This document shows positions 1 to 10,706 of a DNA stretch of 64,000 nucleotides, piece after piece (positions within the stretch are counted from its first letter, which is position 1; every line of letters begins with the position of its first letter). This DNA comes from Clostridia bacterium (GTDB lineage Bacteria; Bacillota; Clostridia; Oscillospirales; UBA644). The DNA lies in assembly GCA_017934975.1 (NCBI GenBank), contig JAGBIM010000026.1, forward strand, positions 32,457-96,456, given 5' to 3'. The position numbers and the translations under genes are program-made. A model generated the notes under the pieces. It was not told the origin of the DNA, ran no database searches, and worked only from the letters and a program-made list of their open reading frames with translations.

Positions 1-1
1 C

Positions 2-154
2 GGCGTACACACCTCCGTCACCGTGGCGATCAACGCCTCCCAAACGGAAAAAACAATCGACCTGGGCACCGACCGCACGGACCTTCTGACCGGCAAAAAG
101 CGCAAAGCAAAAACCGCCCTCGCCCCCATGGAAGCCATCATTATAAAAAACTAA
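2..154 (+). CDS. 3-prime end of a gene that starts upstream of the window; too short to assign (faint resemblance to the C-terminal beta-sandwich of GH13-type glycosidases)
   Basis: The frame is open from the window edge and reads GVHTSVTVAINASQTEKTIDLGTDRTDLLTGKKRKAKTALAPMEAIIIKN, ending at TAA 152-154. A hairpin with a T-run follows. Confidence 0.4.
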   Translation, partial: GVHTSVTVAINASQTEKTIDLGTDRTDLLTGKKRKAKTALAPMEAIIIKN

Positions 155-166
155 GACGCAAAAAAT

Positions 167-215
167 CAATCCATTCCACCGCTACGCGGTCCCCCTCCCC
201 TTGCTAAGGGGAGGC
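167..215 (+). repeat. Dispersed intergenic repeat, copy A (caatccattccaccgctacgcggtccccctccccttgctaaggggaggc), ending in a hairpin cctcccctt-gct-aaggggagg
   Basis: Near-identical copy at 18133-18181 and a diverged copy at 45247-45306. Here it is followed by cttattttt, so it may also act as a terminator. Confidence 0.7.
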
Positions 216-271
216 TTATTTTTGCGCGCGCTCCAAACCGTTGTTTTTTTATGAATTTCATGTGACAGACC

Positions 272-300
272 TTGCATTGTGCTTGAAAATGTGGTATACT
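272..300 (+). promoter_or_regulatory. Candidate sigma-A promoter for the decarboxylase beta-subunit gene
   Basis: TTGCAT (272-277), 17-nt spacer, TATACT (295-300) preceded by TGg (extended -10). An overlapping alternative is TTGAAA...TATAAT. A hairpin ctccctccgtaagggaggg lies in the leader. Confidence 0.45.
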
Positions 301-367
301 TAGTTATAATGGAATAATGTGGCTCTCCCTCCGTAAGGGAGGGCGAAAAAGAAAGAAGGATGCACAA

Positions 368-1525
368 ATGCAGCTGATTGAAGCTTTGTTCAAGCCGATC
401 ATCGAGCAGATGGAAGCAGATCCGACCTTGATCCTCAAGCAACTGGCCATGTGGGTCATCGGCGGAATTCTGATCTATCTCGCCATCAAAAAAGACATGG
501 AACCCACCCTGCTCTTGCCCATGGGCTTCGGTGCCATTCTCGTCAACCTTCCCGGCATCGCCAACGTGGGCGGGGAAGTACAGGCGCAAAACGGAGCTTT
601 CCATACGCTGGAACGCCTCTTTGACATCGGGATTGACAACGGAGAGCTGATGCCTCTGATTCTTTTCATCGGCATCGGGGCCATGATCGACTTCGGTCCC
701 CTGCTGCGCAATCCGAAATATATGATCTTCGGCGCGGCGGCCCAGTTCGGAATCTTCTTCACCCTTTGCCTCTCGGCTTATTTCTTTGATCTCAACGACG
801 CGGCGTCCATCGCCATCATCGGTGCGGCAGACGGTCCCACCGCGATCTTCGTGGCCCAGACGCTGAACTCCAAGTATATCGCCGCCATCATGGTTGCGGC
901 CTACTCCTATATGGCACTCGTTCCCCTGATTCAGCCTGCGGTCATCAAGGCCTGCACCACCAAGAAGGAACGGTTGATCCGCATGGAAGACAACGGAAAG
1001 CCCGTCTCCAAGACCACCCGCATCCTCTTCCCCATCATCGTCACCATTCTGGTGGGCTTCGTGGCACCCGACGCGGTTTCCCTCATCGGATTTTTGATGT
1101 TCGGCAACCTGATCCGCGAATGCGGCGTTCTGGATTCTCTGTCCGAAACGGCACAGAAGGTGCTGGCAAACCTGATCACCATCTTCCTCGGAATCACCAT
1201 CGCCTTCCAGATGCGCGCCTCGGAATTCCTGCAGTGGGAAACCCTGCTCATCATGGGCCTCGGTCTGTTCGCCTTCGTCTTTGACACCTTCGGCGGCGTG
1301 ATGATTGCCAAATTCATGAATCTGTTCCTGAAGAAAAAGATCAATCCCATGATCGGTGCCGCAGGCATTTCCGCCTTCCCCATGGCAGGCCGCGTGGTCA
1401 ACAAAATGGGTCTTGCGGAAGACGATCAGAACTTCCTTCTGATGCACGCCATCGGCGTCAACGTATCGGGACAGGTGGCCTCGGTGATCGCCGGGGGCTT
1501 GATTCTGTCCTTCATGGCAGGTTAA
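368..1525 (+). CDS. Sodium-ion-translocating decarboxylase, beta subunit (OadB/GcdB/MmdB family)
   Basis: ORF 317-1525 trimmed to ATG 368 (MQLIEALFKPIIEQ). The protein is polytopic, with family-typical stretches PMGFGAILVNLPG, IIGAADGPTAIF and MIGAAGISAFPMAGRV. Confidence 0.85.
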   Translation: MQLIEALFKPIIEQMEADPTLILKQLAMWVIGGILIYLAIKKDMEPTLLLPMGFGAILVNLPGIANVGGEVQAQNGAFHTLERLFDIGIDNGELMPLILFIGIGAMIDFGPLLRNPKYMIFGAAAQFGIFFTLCLSAYFFDLNDAASIAIIGAADGPTAIFVAQTLNSKYIAAIMVAAYSYMALVPLIQPAVIKACTTKKERLIRMEDNGKPVSKTTRILFPIIVTILVGFVAPDAVSLIGFLMFGNLIRECGVLDSLSETAQKVLANLITIFLGITIAFQMRASEFLQWETLLIMGLGLFAFVFDTFGGVMIAKFMNLFLKKKINPMIGAAGISAFPMAGRVVNKMGLAEDDQNFLLMHAIGVNVSGQVASVIAGGLILSFMAG

Positions 1526-1538
1526 AGGAGGATTTACG

Positions 1539-1724
1539 ATGAACTTTTTGACTTCTACGATCACCGACGCAGTCAACACCGCCACGGGCATGCCCGGCAT
1601 GGACGGCGTACTGGACGCGCTTCCCTATATGGGCTACGGCATGGTGGGCATTTTTCTGGTCACCGGCGTGATCATTCTCACCGTGTCCCTGCTGAACAAG
1701 CTGACCAACAAAAAAGACAAATAA
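1539..1724 (+). CDS. Small single-TM subunit, OadG-like (decarboxylase gamma/delta chain)
   Basis: 61 aa with one hydrophobic helix (GMVGIFLVTGVIILTVSLL) and a basic tail. It starts 13 nt after the beta subunit and has an RBS aaaggagg upstream. Confidence 0.55.
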   Translation: MNFLTSTITDAVNTATGMPGMDGVLDALPYMGYGMVGIFLVTGVIILTVSLLNKLTNKKDK

Positions 1725-1730
1725 ACAAAG

Positions 1731-1763
1731 AAAGGAGACGGCTACCGTCTCCTTTTGCTCTTT
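1731..1763 (+). terminator. Intrinsic terminator after the decarboxylase genes
   Basis: aaaggagacgg-cta-ccgtctccttt followed by tgctcttt. Confidence 0.7.
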
Positions 1764-1777
1764 CGGAGGTTTTTACC

Positions 1778-2260
1778 ATGAACGACACCGCAGCCCGCAC
1801 CGTCCGCGCCCTGATTGCCAAGGACCGGAAAATCTCCTTTGCGGAGTCCTGCACGGGCGGCCTGGCCTGCGCCCGTCTGGTGGACGTGCCCGATGCGTCG
1901 AAGGTTTTGGACGCATCCTTCGTCACCTACGCAAACGAGGCGAAAATCGGGCTTTTGGGCGTAAAAGAAGAAACCCTCGCCCTCCACGGTGCCGTCAGCG
2001 AAGAGACGGCGTTTCAGATGGCGGAAGGGATCTGCCGCGCCAACCGTTCCCACGTGGGCGTGGGAATTTCGGGCATCGCAGGGCCGGGAGGCGGCACGGA
2101 GGAAAAACCCGTGGGAACCGTCTGCTTCGGCTTTTGCATTGACGGGAAGACCTTCACGGCAACCCAACACTTCGGCCCCTTGGGGCGGCAGGAAGTACGC
2201 AAAGCCGCGGTGGATTTCGTCTTCGAAACCCTTTGTGAAAAACTGGAGGAAGCGCTATGA
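1778..2260 (+). CDS. pncC: CinA C-terminal-domain protein / nicotinamide-nucleotide amidohydrolase (PncC-like)
   Basis: KISFAESCTGGL, VTYANEAK and GISGIAGPGGG motifs typical of the CinA/PncC domain; 160 aa. Confidence 0.8.
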   Translation: MNDTAARTVRALIAKDRKISFAESCTGGLACARLVDVPDASKVLDASFVTYANEAKIGLLGVKEETLALHGAVSEETAFQMAEGICRANRSHVGVGISGIAGPGGGTEEKPVGTVCFGFCIDGKTFTATQHFGPLGRQEVRKAAVDFVFETLCEKLEEAL

Positions 2261-3441
2261 AAATTCCCGAACCGAAATTGATGCCCGCTTACGACGTGAT
2301 CGTGGTGGGGGGCGGCGTTGCCGGGATTTCGGCGGCCGTGGCCGCATCCCGCAAGGGCGCAAAAACCCTTTTGATGGAGAAATCCGTAATTCTGGGCGGT
2401 CTTGCCACCTTAGGTCTCATTTCCTGGTACGAGCCCATCTGCGACGGCACGGGCAAGCAGATGATTTCGGGCATTTCCGAAGAATTGATTCGTCTTTCCG
2501 TGCGGGAATCCTTTGACGATCTGCCCGTAGAGCGGGGCGGAAAAGAGGAATTTGCCCGTCCCAACGATATTCGCTACGCCACCCACTATTCCCCCACGAT
2601 TTTCGCCCTGCTTCTGACGGAATACTTAGAAGAAAACGGCGTCACCCTTCGCCTGGACACTCTGGCTACCTATCCCGACGTGGAAAACGGGATCTGTAAG
2701 GGCATTCTGGTGGAAACGGTGGGCGGTCGGGAATATTTCCCCGCGAAATTCGTCATTGACGCCACGGGAGACGCCTCGGTCTGCCATCGGGCGGGGGTTC
2801 CCACGGAGTTGGGCGAAAATTATCTGACCTACGTGGCCCACACGCTGAATCGGGAGGGGGCCGCTCTGGCGGCGGAAGGGGACTTCTGCAAGGCACGCAA
2901 ATGGATCATGGCAGGGGCCTCTTTGACGGGGAAGGGACATCCCGAAGGAAAAGGAATGCTGACCTGCCAGACCGCCGACGACGTAACCGATTTCGTAGTC
3001 AGCGGCGGAAAACTGATGCTGGAAAGGATCCGACAGTCGGGCAAAGAGGATCGGGATCTGATGACCCTTCCCGGCATGCCAAACTATCGCAAAATCCGCC
3101 GCATCGTGGGCGAATACGTCTTTGACGGCACCGAAGAAGAGATCAAATTTGATAACGCCGTCGGGTCGATGGGGGATTTCCGCAAGCGAGGCAAGCATTA
3201 TCAGCTTCCTTACACCACCCTTTATAACAAAAATTTTCCAAACCTGTTCGCCGCAGGCCGCATCATCAGCGCCACGGGAGAAGGCTGGGAGATCACCCGC
3301 GTCATTCCCGTCGCCGCCCTGTCGGGACAGGGTGCGGGAACCGCCGCCGCCCTCTGCCTCAAAACCAACACCGATGCCAACACTCTGGACACGACTCTGC
3401 TCCGCAAAACCCTGGAAGAAGACGGGGTTCTGTTCATCTAA
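2257..3441 (+). CDS. FAD-dependent oxidoreductase
   Basis: N-terminal Rossmann motif DVIVVGGGVAGISAAVAASRKG. It overlaps the preceding stop by ATGA. Confidence 0.7.
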   Translation: MKIPEPKLMPAYDVIVVGGGVAGISAAVAASRKGAKTLLMEKSVILGGLATLGLISWYEPICDGTGKQMISGISEELIRLSVRESFDDLPVERGGKEEFARPNDIRYATHYSPTIFALLLTEYLEENGVTLRLDTLATYPDVENGICKGILVETVGGREYFPAKFVIDATGDASVCHRAGVPTELGENYLTYVAHTLNREGAALAAEGDFCKARKWIMAGASLTGKGHPEGKGMLTCQTADDVTDFVVSGGKLMLERIRQSGKEDRDLMTLPGMPNYRKIRRIVGEYVFDGTEEEIKFDNAVGSMGDFRKRGKHYQLPYTTLYNKNFPNLFAAGRIISATGEGWEITRVIPVAALSGQGAGTAAALCLKTNTDANTLDTTLLRKTLEEDGVLFI

Positions 3442-3455
3442 AAACAACATAACGC

Positions 3456-3491
3456 AAAAAACTCCTCCGCATTTCCGCGGAGGAGTTTTTT
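3456..3491. terminator. Bidirectional intrinsic terminator between the oxidoreductase (+) and groEL (-)
   Basis: aaaaa-actcctccgc-atttcc-gcggaggagt-ttttt. Confidence 0.8.
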
Positions 3492-3509
3492 ATCTTCAGT
3501 CGTTCGGAA

Positions 3510-5171
<1,662 letters not shown>

Positions 5172-5456
5172 TTATTCTACGATGGCAAGGATATCTTCCT
5201 GCCGCACGATGGTGTATTCCACGTCGTCGATCTTCACTTCGGTGCCGGTATATTTGGCAGTGATGACGCGGTCGCCCACCTTCACGTTCATTTTGATTTC
5301 TTTTCCGTCCACGATTCCGCCGGGACCGACGGCAACGATTTCGGCAATCTGGGGTTTTTCCTTGGCGGCAGCGGCAAGAATGATGCCACTCTTGGTGGTT
5401 TCTTCCGCTTCCACGGCCTTGACGACAACGCGGTCAAGCAAAGGTTTCAAAGTCAT
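5172..5456 (-). CDS. groS: Co-chaperonin GroES (10 kDa)
   Basis: MTLKPLLDRVVVKAVEAEETTKSGIILAAAAKEKPQ...; 94 aa, directly upstream of groEL. Confidence 0.97.
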   Translation of the reverse strand: MTLKPLLDRVVVKAVEAEETTKSGIILAAAAKEKPQIAEIVAVGPGGIVDGKEIKMNVKVGDRVITAKYTGTEVKIDDVEYTIVRQEDILAIVE

Positions 5457-5503
5457 GATAAACGCCTCCGTTCAAATTCTATGTTATGTGTGACTTTGCA
5501 AAA

Positions 5504-5530
5504 TTAGCACTCTCACGCTTCAAGTGCTAA
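5504..5530. promoter_or_regulatory. CIRCE operator (HrcA binding site) for groES-groEL
   Basis: TTAGCACTC-tcacgcttc-AAGTGCTAA matches TTAGCACTC-N9-GAGTGCTAA with one mismatch. It lies between the promoter and groES. Confidence 0.9.
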
Positions 5531-5534
5531 ACTT

Positions 5535-5563
5535 ATTATAGCTGGAATTGTCTGGTATTTCAA
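5535..5563 (-). promoter_or_regulatory. Sigma-A promoter of groES-groEL
   Basis: On the minus strand: TTGAAA (5558-5563), 17 nt, TATAAT (5535-5540), immediately upstream of CIRCE. Confidence 0.7.
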
Positions 5564-5750
5564 TGGATAAACTGTGAACTGTTTGTGTCATTTCGGTGAA
5601 ACCTCATTCGTGCCGAAAAAGCCGCTTTTTTCCAACAATTTTATGGTATTTGCATCCGCACTCTTGACAAGTATAATAATATATAGTATAATATTTTACG
5701 AATTATCCGCAAAAACTCTTTTTCTTCGGAGATTTATCAGGAGCACGAAC

Positions 5751-6857
5751 ATGAAACGAACCAACTATAAAATCATATATCCCTTCGTGGGGACGGTCTG
5801 CGCGGCAGGGGGCACCGTAGCCCTTCTGTCCCGCGGAACCAACCCGGGAGCCCTTTTTCTGTGGCTCTTTTTGCTCTTTGCGGCAAACCTTTTCATTGCC
5901 GCGGGCATCGTGTGCGGAGCGCGGGAGGAAACGGTAGAGATCCCGAACCCCAAAGCCTTTCGGGAAGGAGAACCCAAAACCGTCACCTCCACCCTGCGCC
6001 GCATTCCCGCCCTCTCCATCGTTCTTGCCCTGGGCGCCACCGCCGTCGTGGCCGGGCTCACGTATTCCGTGCTGGATTCCCTGCTGACCCTGTTTACCTG
6101 GGGTGCTTTGAGTTATCCTCTGGCCCGCTGTATCCTGAACCGAACCCCCTTCGGCGCCTCCATGCAATCGGGACTGATCTCCGCGTCGGTTCTGACCCTG
6201 CTGGCAGGCGTGGTTCACGTTTTCAAGGTAGCCCCCGACCACACCTTCCGCCTGCAATACGCCTACGATCTGGCGGTCAACGCGGTACGGGACAAGATTC
6301 TGCCCCTTCTGACGGAGGCAAAAGAAATCCTGTTGTCCCAACCCATTGCGGACCCCCTCTTGACGGACTTCTCTCCCGAACAGACCGCAAACTGGATGAT
6401 TGAATCCCTGCTCTCCTTCCTGCCTGCCCTGTTCGCCATTGCCGCCCTGTTCGCCCTGTGCCTGCTCTGGTGGCTGATCAAGTGGGCCGTGAGCAAGGAC
6501 GATTCCTTCCCCGTCCGCCACATGGGACGACTGGACAATTACTCTCCCAGCCGCGTTCTGTTCATCGTGTATATGGCGTCTTTCCTGCTCTATATGATCA
6601 GCGAAGAGGGTTCGATTCCCGAAACCGTCGGCATGAATCTGACCTCCGTCACCTCCGCAATCCTCGCCTTTGCGGGCTTTTCGCTGGTTCTGTTCGTCAT
6701 CAACACCCGCGCCACCTCCAAATTTGCCCGCATCGGTCTTTCGGTGCTGACGCTGATTTTGGGGTTTGATTCCTGCGGATATCAGGCTTTGACCCTTGCA
6801 GGACTGTTTTCTTCGGACAATCTCCGACAATTCTTGGGAGGAGGCACGTATAAATGA
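5751..6857 (+). CDS. YybS-like polytopic membrane protein (DUF2232 family)
   Basis: ORF 5574-6857 trimmed to ATG 5751 (RBS caggag, MKRTNYKIIYPF). It has many TM helices. Its position directly upstream of gdpP-rplI-dnaB is the conserved Firmicutes yybS position. Confidence 0.6.
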   Translation: MKRTNYKIIYPFVGTVCAAGGTVALLSRGTNPGALFLWLFLLFAANLFIAAGIVCGAREETVEIPNPKAFREGEPKTVTSTLRRIPALSIVLALGATAVVAGLTYSVLDSLLTLFTWGALSYPLARCILNRTPFGASMQSGLISASVLTLLAGVVHVFKVAPDHTFRLQYAYDLAVNAVRDKILPLLTEAKEILLSQPIADPLLTDFSPEQTANWMIESLLSFLPALFAIAALFALCLLWWLIKWAVSKDDSFPVRHMGRLDNYSPSRVLFIVYMASFLLYMISEEGSIPETVGMNLTSVTSAILAFAGFSLVLFVINTRATSKFARIGLSVLTLILGFDSCGYQALTLAGLFSSDNLRQFLGGGTYK

Positions 6858-8827
6858 AACGATTCAGCGCCTTTGCCGACCGTATTTTCTATTTGCTTTT
6901 TCTGGGCGCCGGAATTTTTCTGTTCCTGAACACGGAAACCACCGTCTGGCTTCCCCTCTGCATTCTCTTCGGTCTTTACGTGATCGCCAACGAGATCCGG
7001 CTGTATTTGCGGAATCGGAAGAAAAAGCGTCTGGCTCTGTCCATCGTGGATATGCTGGACATGACCTCCCAGAAGCGACTGGTGGACTTCCCTCTGCCCA
7101 TCGTCATTTCCGACGATAAGGGAATCATTCTGTGGTACAACGAGGCCTTTATCGACGCCACGGAGGAAGCCACGCTGCTGACCCTGCACAACGTCAAGCA
7201 GATGGATCGGGAAATTCTGGAAAATTCCGTCACGGAGCTGAAGTTTGACGGAAAATTCTACTCCTCCTATATGGACCGCTACTCCTTCGGCGAAACGGGA
7301 GAGTTGTTCATCTTCTATCTCTTCGACACCACCGATTATTACAACCTTCATCGGGAGCACGAGTTATCCCGCCCCGTGGTTGCCCACCTGCTGGTAGACA
7401 ACTACGACGAAGTGTTCTTAGGCATGAAGGAAAGCGACCGCTCCGCCGCCATGGCCCTCATCGACGAAAAAATCGACGCCTGGGCTCAGGCATCGGGGGG
7501 AATCCTCTGCCACAGTGAACGGGATCGGTATCTGTTCGTATTCGAAAACCGCGCCCTGGCACAATTTGAAAAGGACCGTTTTGAAATCATGGATCACATC
7601 CGTGCCATGAAAACGCCCGGAAACCTCACGCCCACCCTCTCCATCGGCGTGGGAGCCGACGCGGAATCCTTCCTCAAGGGAGAAGAAACCGCGCGGGCAG
7701 CCCTGGATATGGCTCTGTCCCGAGGGGGAGACCAGGCAGCGGTCAAGCACGCGGGGGGATATTTCTTCTACGGCGGCCGCAACAACGGCGGCGCGCGGAG
7801 AACCCGTGTAAAGACCCGCGTCATCGCAAACGCCCTCTCCGAGCATCTGAAGACGGTGAACACCATGCTGATCATGGGGCATCTCTACAGTGATATGGAC
7901 TGTCTCGGCGCGGCGGTGGGCATGGCCCGCATTGCCAAAGAACGGGCCATCGTTCCCAAGATCATCATCGACGAAAGCACCGATCTGACGGGGCCCCTGC
8001 TCCACGCTCTGAAATCCGATCCGGAACACGCGGATTGGTTTATCACCAAAAAAGAAGCCCTTGATTTTCTGCGGGAAGACACGGCGGTGGTTCTGGTGGA
8101 CACCCATCGGGCGGACAACGCCGTCGCCCCCGAAATCCTGAAAAAGGCAAAACACGTTCTCGTTTTCGATCATCACCGCAAGGGCGTGGACTGCATCGAA
8201 AATCCCGAGCTGATCTACCAGGAGCCCTACGCCTCCTCCACCTGCGAAATCGTCACGGAGCTGTTCCACTATCTGGACGTGTATTCCTTCCCCGCCATTG
8301 AGGCAAACGCCCTTCTGGCCGGAATCTTCCTGGATACCAAAAACTTCACCATCCGCACCAACACCTGCACCTTCGACGCCTCGGCAACCCTGCGTAAGGC
8401 GGGCGCGGATACGGTGACGGTCAAGCAATATTTCCAGACCGACATGGAAACCTACCGCAACAAGGTGCGCTTCGTCTCCGCGGCGGAAATGTACCGCAAG
8501 AATTTTGCCATCGCAGCCCTCCAGGGAGACGCCCACGGAAACGTGAAGATCGCAGCGGCGCAGGCGGCGGACGAAATGCTCTCCATTGAAAACGCAAAAG
8601 CATCCTTCACCCTCTTCTCCGACAAGGGCGGCAACGTGAACATTTCGGGCCGATCCTACGGAGAGATCAACGTCCAGCTGATTCTGGAGAAATTCAAGAA
8701 CGGCGGCGGACATCTGACCATGGCGGGCGCCTTCGTGGCGAAGACCCCCCTGGAAGAAGCAAAAGAACAGTTGCTGGGCTTCATTGACGATTACATCAGC
8801 GAAAGCGCCGGCTCTGCCCTTCGATAA
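6854..8827 (+). CDS. gdpP: Cyclic-di-AMP phosphodiesterase GdpP (2 TM, PAS-like, degenerate GGDEF, DHH/DHHA1)
   Basis: N-terminal TM pair, DHH motif ([10 protein letters not shown]) and DHHA1 motif ([10 protein letters not shown]). ATGA overlap with the yybS-like gene. Confidence 0.9.
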   Translation: MKRFSAFADRIFYLLFLGAGIFLFLNTETTVWLPLCILFGLYVIANEIRLYLRNRKKKRLALSIVDMLDMTSQKRLVDFPLPIVISDDKGIILWYNEAFIDATEEATLLTLHNVKQMDREILENSVTELKFDGKFYSSYMDRYSFGETGELFIFYLFDTTDYYNLHREHELSRPVVAHLLVDNYDEVFLGMKESDRSAAMALIDEKIDAWAQASGGILCHSERDRYLFVFENRALAQFEKDRFEIMDHIRAMKTPGNLTPTLSIGVGADAESFLKGEETARAALDMALSRGGDQAAVKHAGGYFFYGGRNNGGARRTRVKTRVIANALSEHLKTVNTMLIMGHLYSDMDCLGAAVGMARIAKERAIVPKIIIDESTDLTGPLLHALKSDPEHADWFITKKEALDFLREDTAVVLVDTHRADNAVAPEILKKAKHVLVFDHHRKGVDCIENPELIYQEPYASSTCEIVTELFHYLDVYSFPAIEANALLAGIFLDTKNFTIRTNTCTFDASATLRKAGADTVTVKQYFQTDMETYRNKVRFVSAAEMYRKNFAIAALQGDAHGNVKIAAAQAADEMLSIENAKASFTLFSDKGGNVNISGRSYGEINVQLILEKFKNGGGHLTMAGAFVAKTPLEEAKEQLLGFIDDYISESAGSALR

Positions 8828-8855
8828 AAACATACGACGGAAAGGATTCGATATT

Positions 8856-9305
8856 ATGAAAGTGATTCTGAAAGCAGACGTAAAGGCCCTTGGCAAAAAG
8901 GGAGAACTGGTCAATACCTCCGACGGATACGCCCGTAACTTCCTCTTCCCCCGCGGTCTTGCGGTGGAAGCCAACGCGGAAAACCTGAACGTATACAACT
9001 CCCAGCAGGCCGCCGCCGCCCACCACAAGGCGGAGGAAAAGAAGCACGCGGAGGAACTGAAGTCCCAAATTTCCTCCATCAAGGTGATCATCAAGGGCAA
9101 GGTGGGTGCCAACGGATGCCTGCAGGGCGCCGTGACCAACAAGGACGTGGCGGAAGCCCTCAAGGCCCAGCACGGCATTGAAGTGGACAAAAAGAAAATT
9201 TCCCTCAAGCTGAAGGTGTGCGGCTTCGGTGCCTACACCGCAGAGGTCAAGCTTTATCCCGAAATCACCGCCGAACTGTCCGTACTGGTGGAGCAGTTGG
9301 CGTAA
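8856..9305 (+). CDS. rplI: 50S ribosomal protein L9
   Basis: ORF 8784-9305 trimmed to ATG 8856: [36 protein letters not shown]. Confidence 0.95.
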   Translation: MKVILKADVKALGKKGELVNTSDGYARNFLFPRGLAVEANAENLNVYNSQQAAAAHHKAEEKKHAEELKSQISSIKVIIKGKVGANGCLQGAVTNKDVAEALKAQHGIEVDKKKISLKLKVCGFGAYTAEVKLYPEITAELSVLVEQLA

Positions 9306-9329
9306 TCTCATCCCGATAAGAGGACTGAC

Positions 9330-10706
9330 ATGGAACCGAAATATGATTTTGACCGACAGCTTCCCCACAGCATCGAAGCGGAACAGATCGTTCTGGGCTC
9401 GGTGCTGATCGATCCGGAAAGCATCGGTTTTCTGGCGGAAACCCTTCAGCCGACCCTGTTTTACGCCCAACGCAATCGGATCATCTTCGAAACGATGCTG
9501 GAGATGTACGATTCCGGCGAGCCCATCGAGGGCGTTTTGCTTCTGTCCCGCTTGCGGGAGCAGGGGGAATTCACCTCGGAGGACGATCGGCAATATCTCT
9601 ACCTTCTGGCCGAAAACGCGTCCGCCGTCAAGAACGTGGAATATTATACCAAGATCATTTCCGACACGGCCAATCTGCGTCGGGTTATCGAAGCCTGCAA
9701 GGATCTGGAGGAATTGGCCTTTTCCAACACGGACCTGACCACGGTGCTGGGGCTGGCGGATCAGAAATTTTCCGATATTTCCGAAGGAAAAAAGAACGTC
9801 CAGCTGCACAAATTGGGCGTGGTGGCCAAGGAAGAGATCAACCGCCTCACGGAAATGGAAAAGGATGAAACGGGGAAATTCTCCCCCATCAAGGTGGGCA
9901 TTTCCGACTTTGATAATTTTCTGGGCGGACTGAACAACAGCGACCTTTTCATTCTCGCCGCCCGTCCCGGCGTGGGAAAAACCTCCTTCGCCCTGAACAT
10001 TGCTTACAACGTTGCCTTATCTTCGCAATACAATCCCCGAAAATCCGTGGTATTCTTTTCCTTGGAAATGTCCAAGGAGCAGTTGGTTCGCCGCATCATC
10101 TCCACTTCCTGCAAGATCGAGAGCGAAAAGCTCCGTCTCGGCAAGCTGGACGCAAACGACTGGCACGAGCTTCTGCGGGTGTGGAAGGCAAACCTGCGGG
10201 ATCTGAACTTCTTTATCGACGAAACGGGGAACATCACGGCGCTGGATATGAAATCCAAGCTCCACAAGGTGCCCAATCTGGGACTGGTGGTCATCGACTA
10301 TCTTCAGCTGATGTCCTCCGCCACGGGGGCTTCCAAGGACAACCGCGTGCAGGAAATTTCCGCCATCACCCGTTCCCTAAAAATGATGGCAAAGGAACTG
10401 AACGTGCCCGTTATTCTTCTGTCCCAGCTCTCCCGCGGAATTGAAAAGCGGGACGACAAGACCCCCCAGCTTTCCGACCTTCGGGAATCGGGCTCCATTG
10501 AGCAGGACGCGGACGTTATCGTCTTCCTGGAACGGGACTATTACGAAAAGGACGCGTCGAAAAAGAACAACTGTATCGTTCATATTTCCAAAAACCGTCA
10601 CGGCTCCGTGGGAAAAATCACCCTGAACTGGGACGGCCGCTACACGGCCTTCACCGCCCAGGCGACCCACGTGAACGTGCCCGAGGGCTACGACAATGCC
10701 CCTTGA
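9330..10706 (+). CDS. dnaB: Replicative DNA helicase (DnaB family; DnaC in Bacillus nomenclature)
   Basis: LPHSIEAEQIVLGSVL, Walker A ARPGVGKTSF, and SLEMS, IDYLQLM, SQLSR motifs. Confidence 0.95.
   Translation: MEPKYDFDRQLPHSIEAEQIVLGSVLIDPESIGFLAETLQPTLFYAQRNRIIFETMLEMYDSGEPIEGVLLLSRLREQGEFTSEDDRQYLYLLAENASAVKNVEYYTKIISDTANLRRVIEACKDLEELAFSNTDLTTVLGLADQKFSDISEGKKNVQLHKLGVVAKEEINRLTEMEKDETGKFSPIKVGISDFDNFLGGLNNSDLFILAARPGVGKTSFALNIAYNVALSSQYNPRKSVVFFSLEMSKEQLVRRIISTSCKIESEKLRLGKLDANDWHELLRVWKANLRDLNFFIDETGNITALDMKSKLHKVPNLGLVVIDYLQLMSSATGASKDNRVQEISAITRSLKMMAKELNVPVILLSQLSRGIEKRDDKTPQLSDLRESGSIEQDADVIVFLERDYYEKDASKKNNCIVHISKNRHGSVGKITLNWDGRYTAFTAQATHVNVPEGYDNAP

Noticed and set aside
182-1600. 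A 472-aa minus-strand ORF covering the decarboxylase beta-subunit gene.
   Set aside because: It is antisense to a strongly recognisable membrane protein, and its translation is compositionally odd (D/G/H/E-rich) with no motifs.
5574-5750. Upstream extensions offered by the ORF track (for example 5574 for the yybS-like gene, 8784 for rplI, 14000 for queG, 30012 for the DUF4430 gene, 62240 for the HD gene, 29803 for the dockerin gene).
   Set aside because: The extensions overlap promoters, riboswitch or upstream coding sequence and lack an RBS. Internal starts with proper Shine-Dalgarno spacing give canonical N-termini (signal peptides, lipoboxes, conserved first residues).
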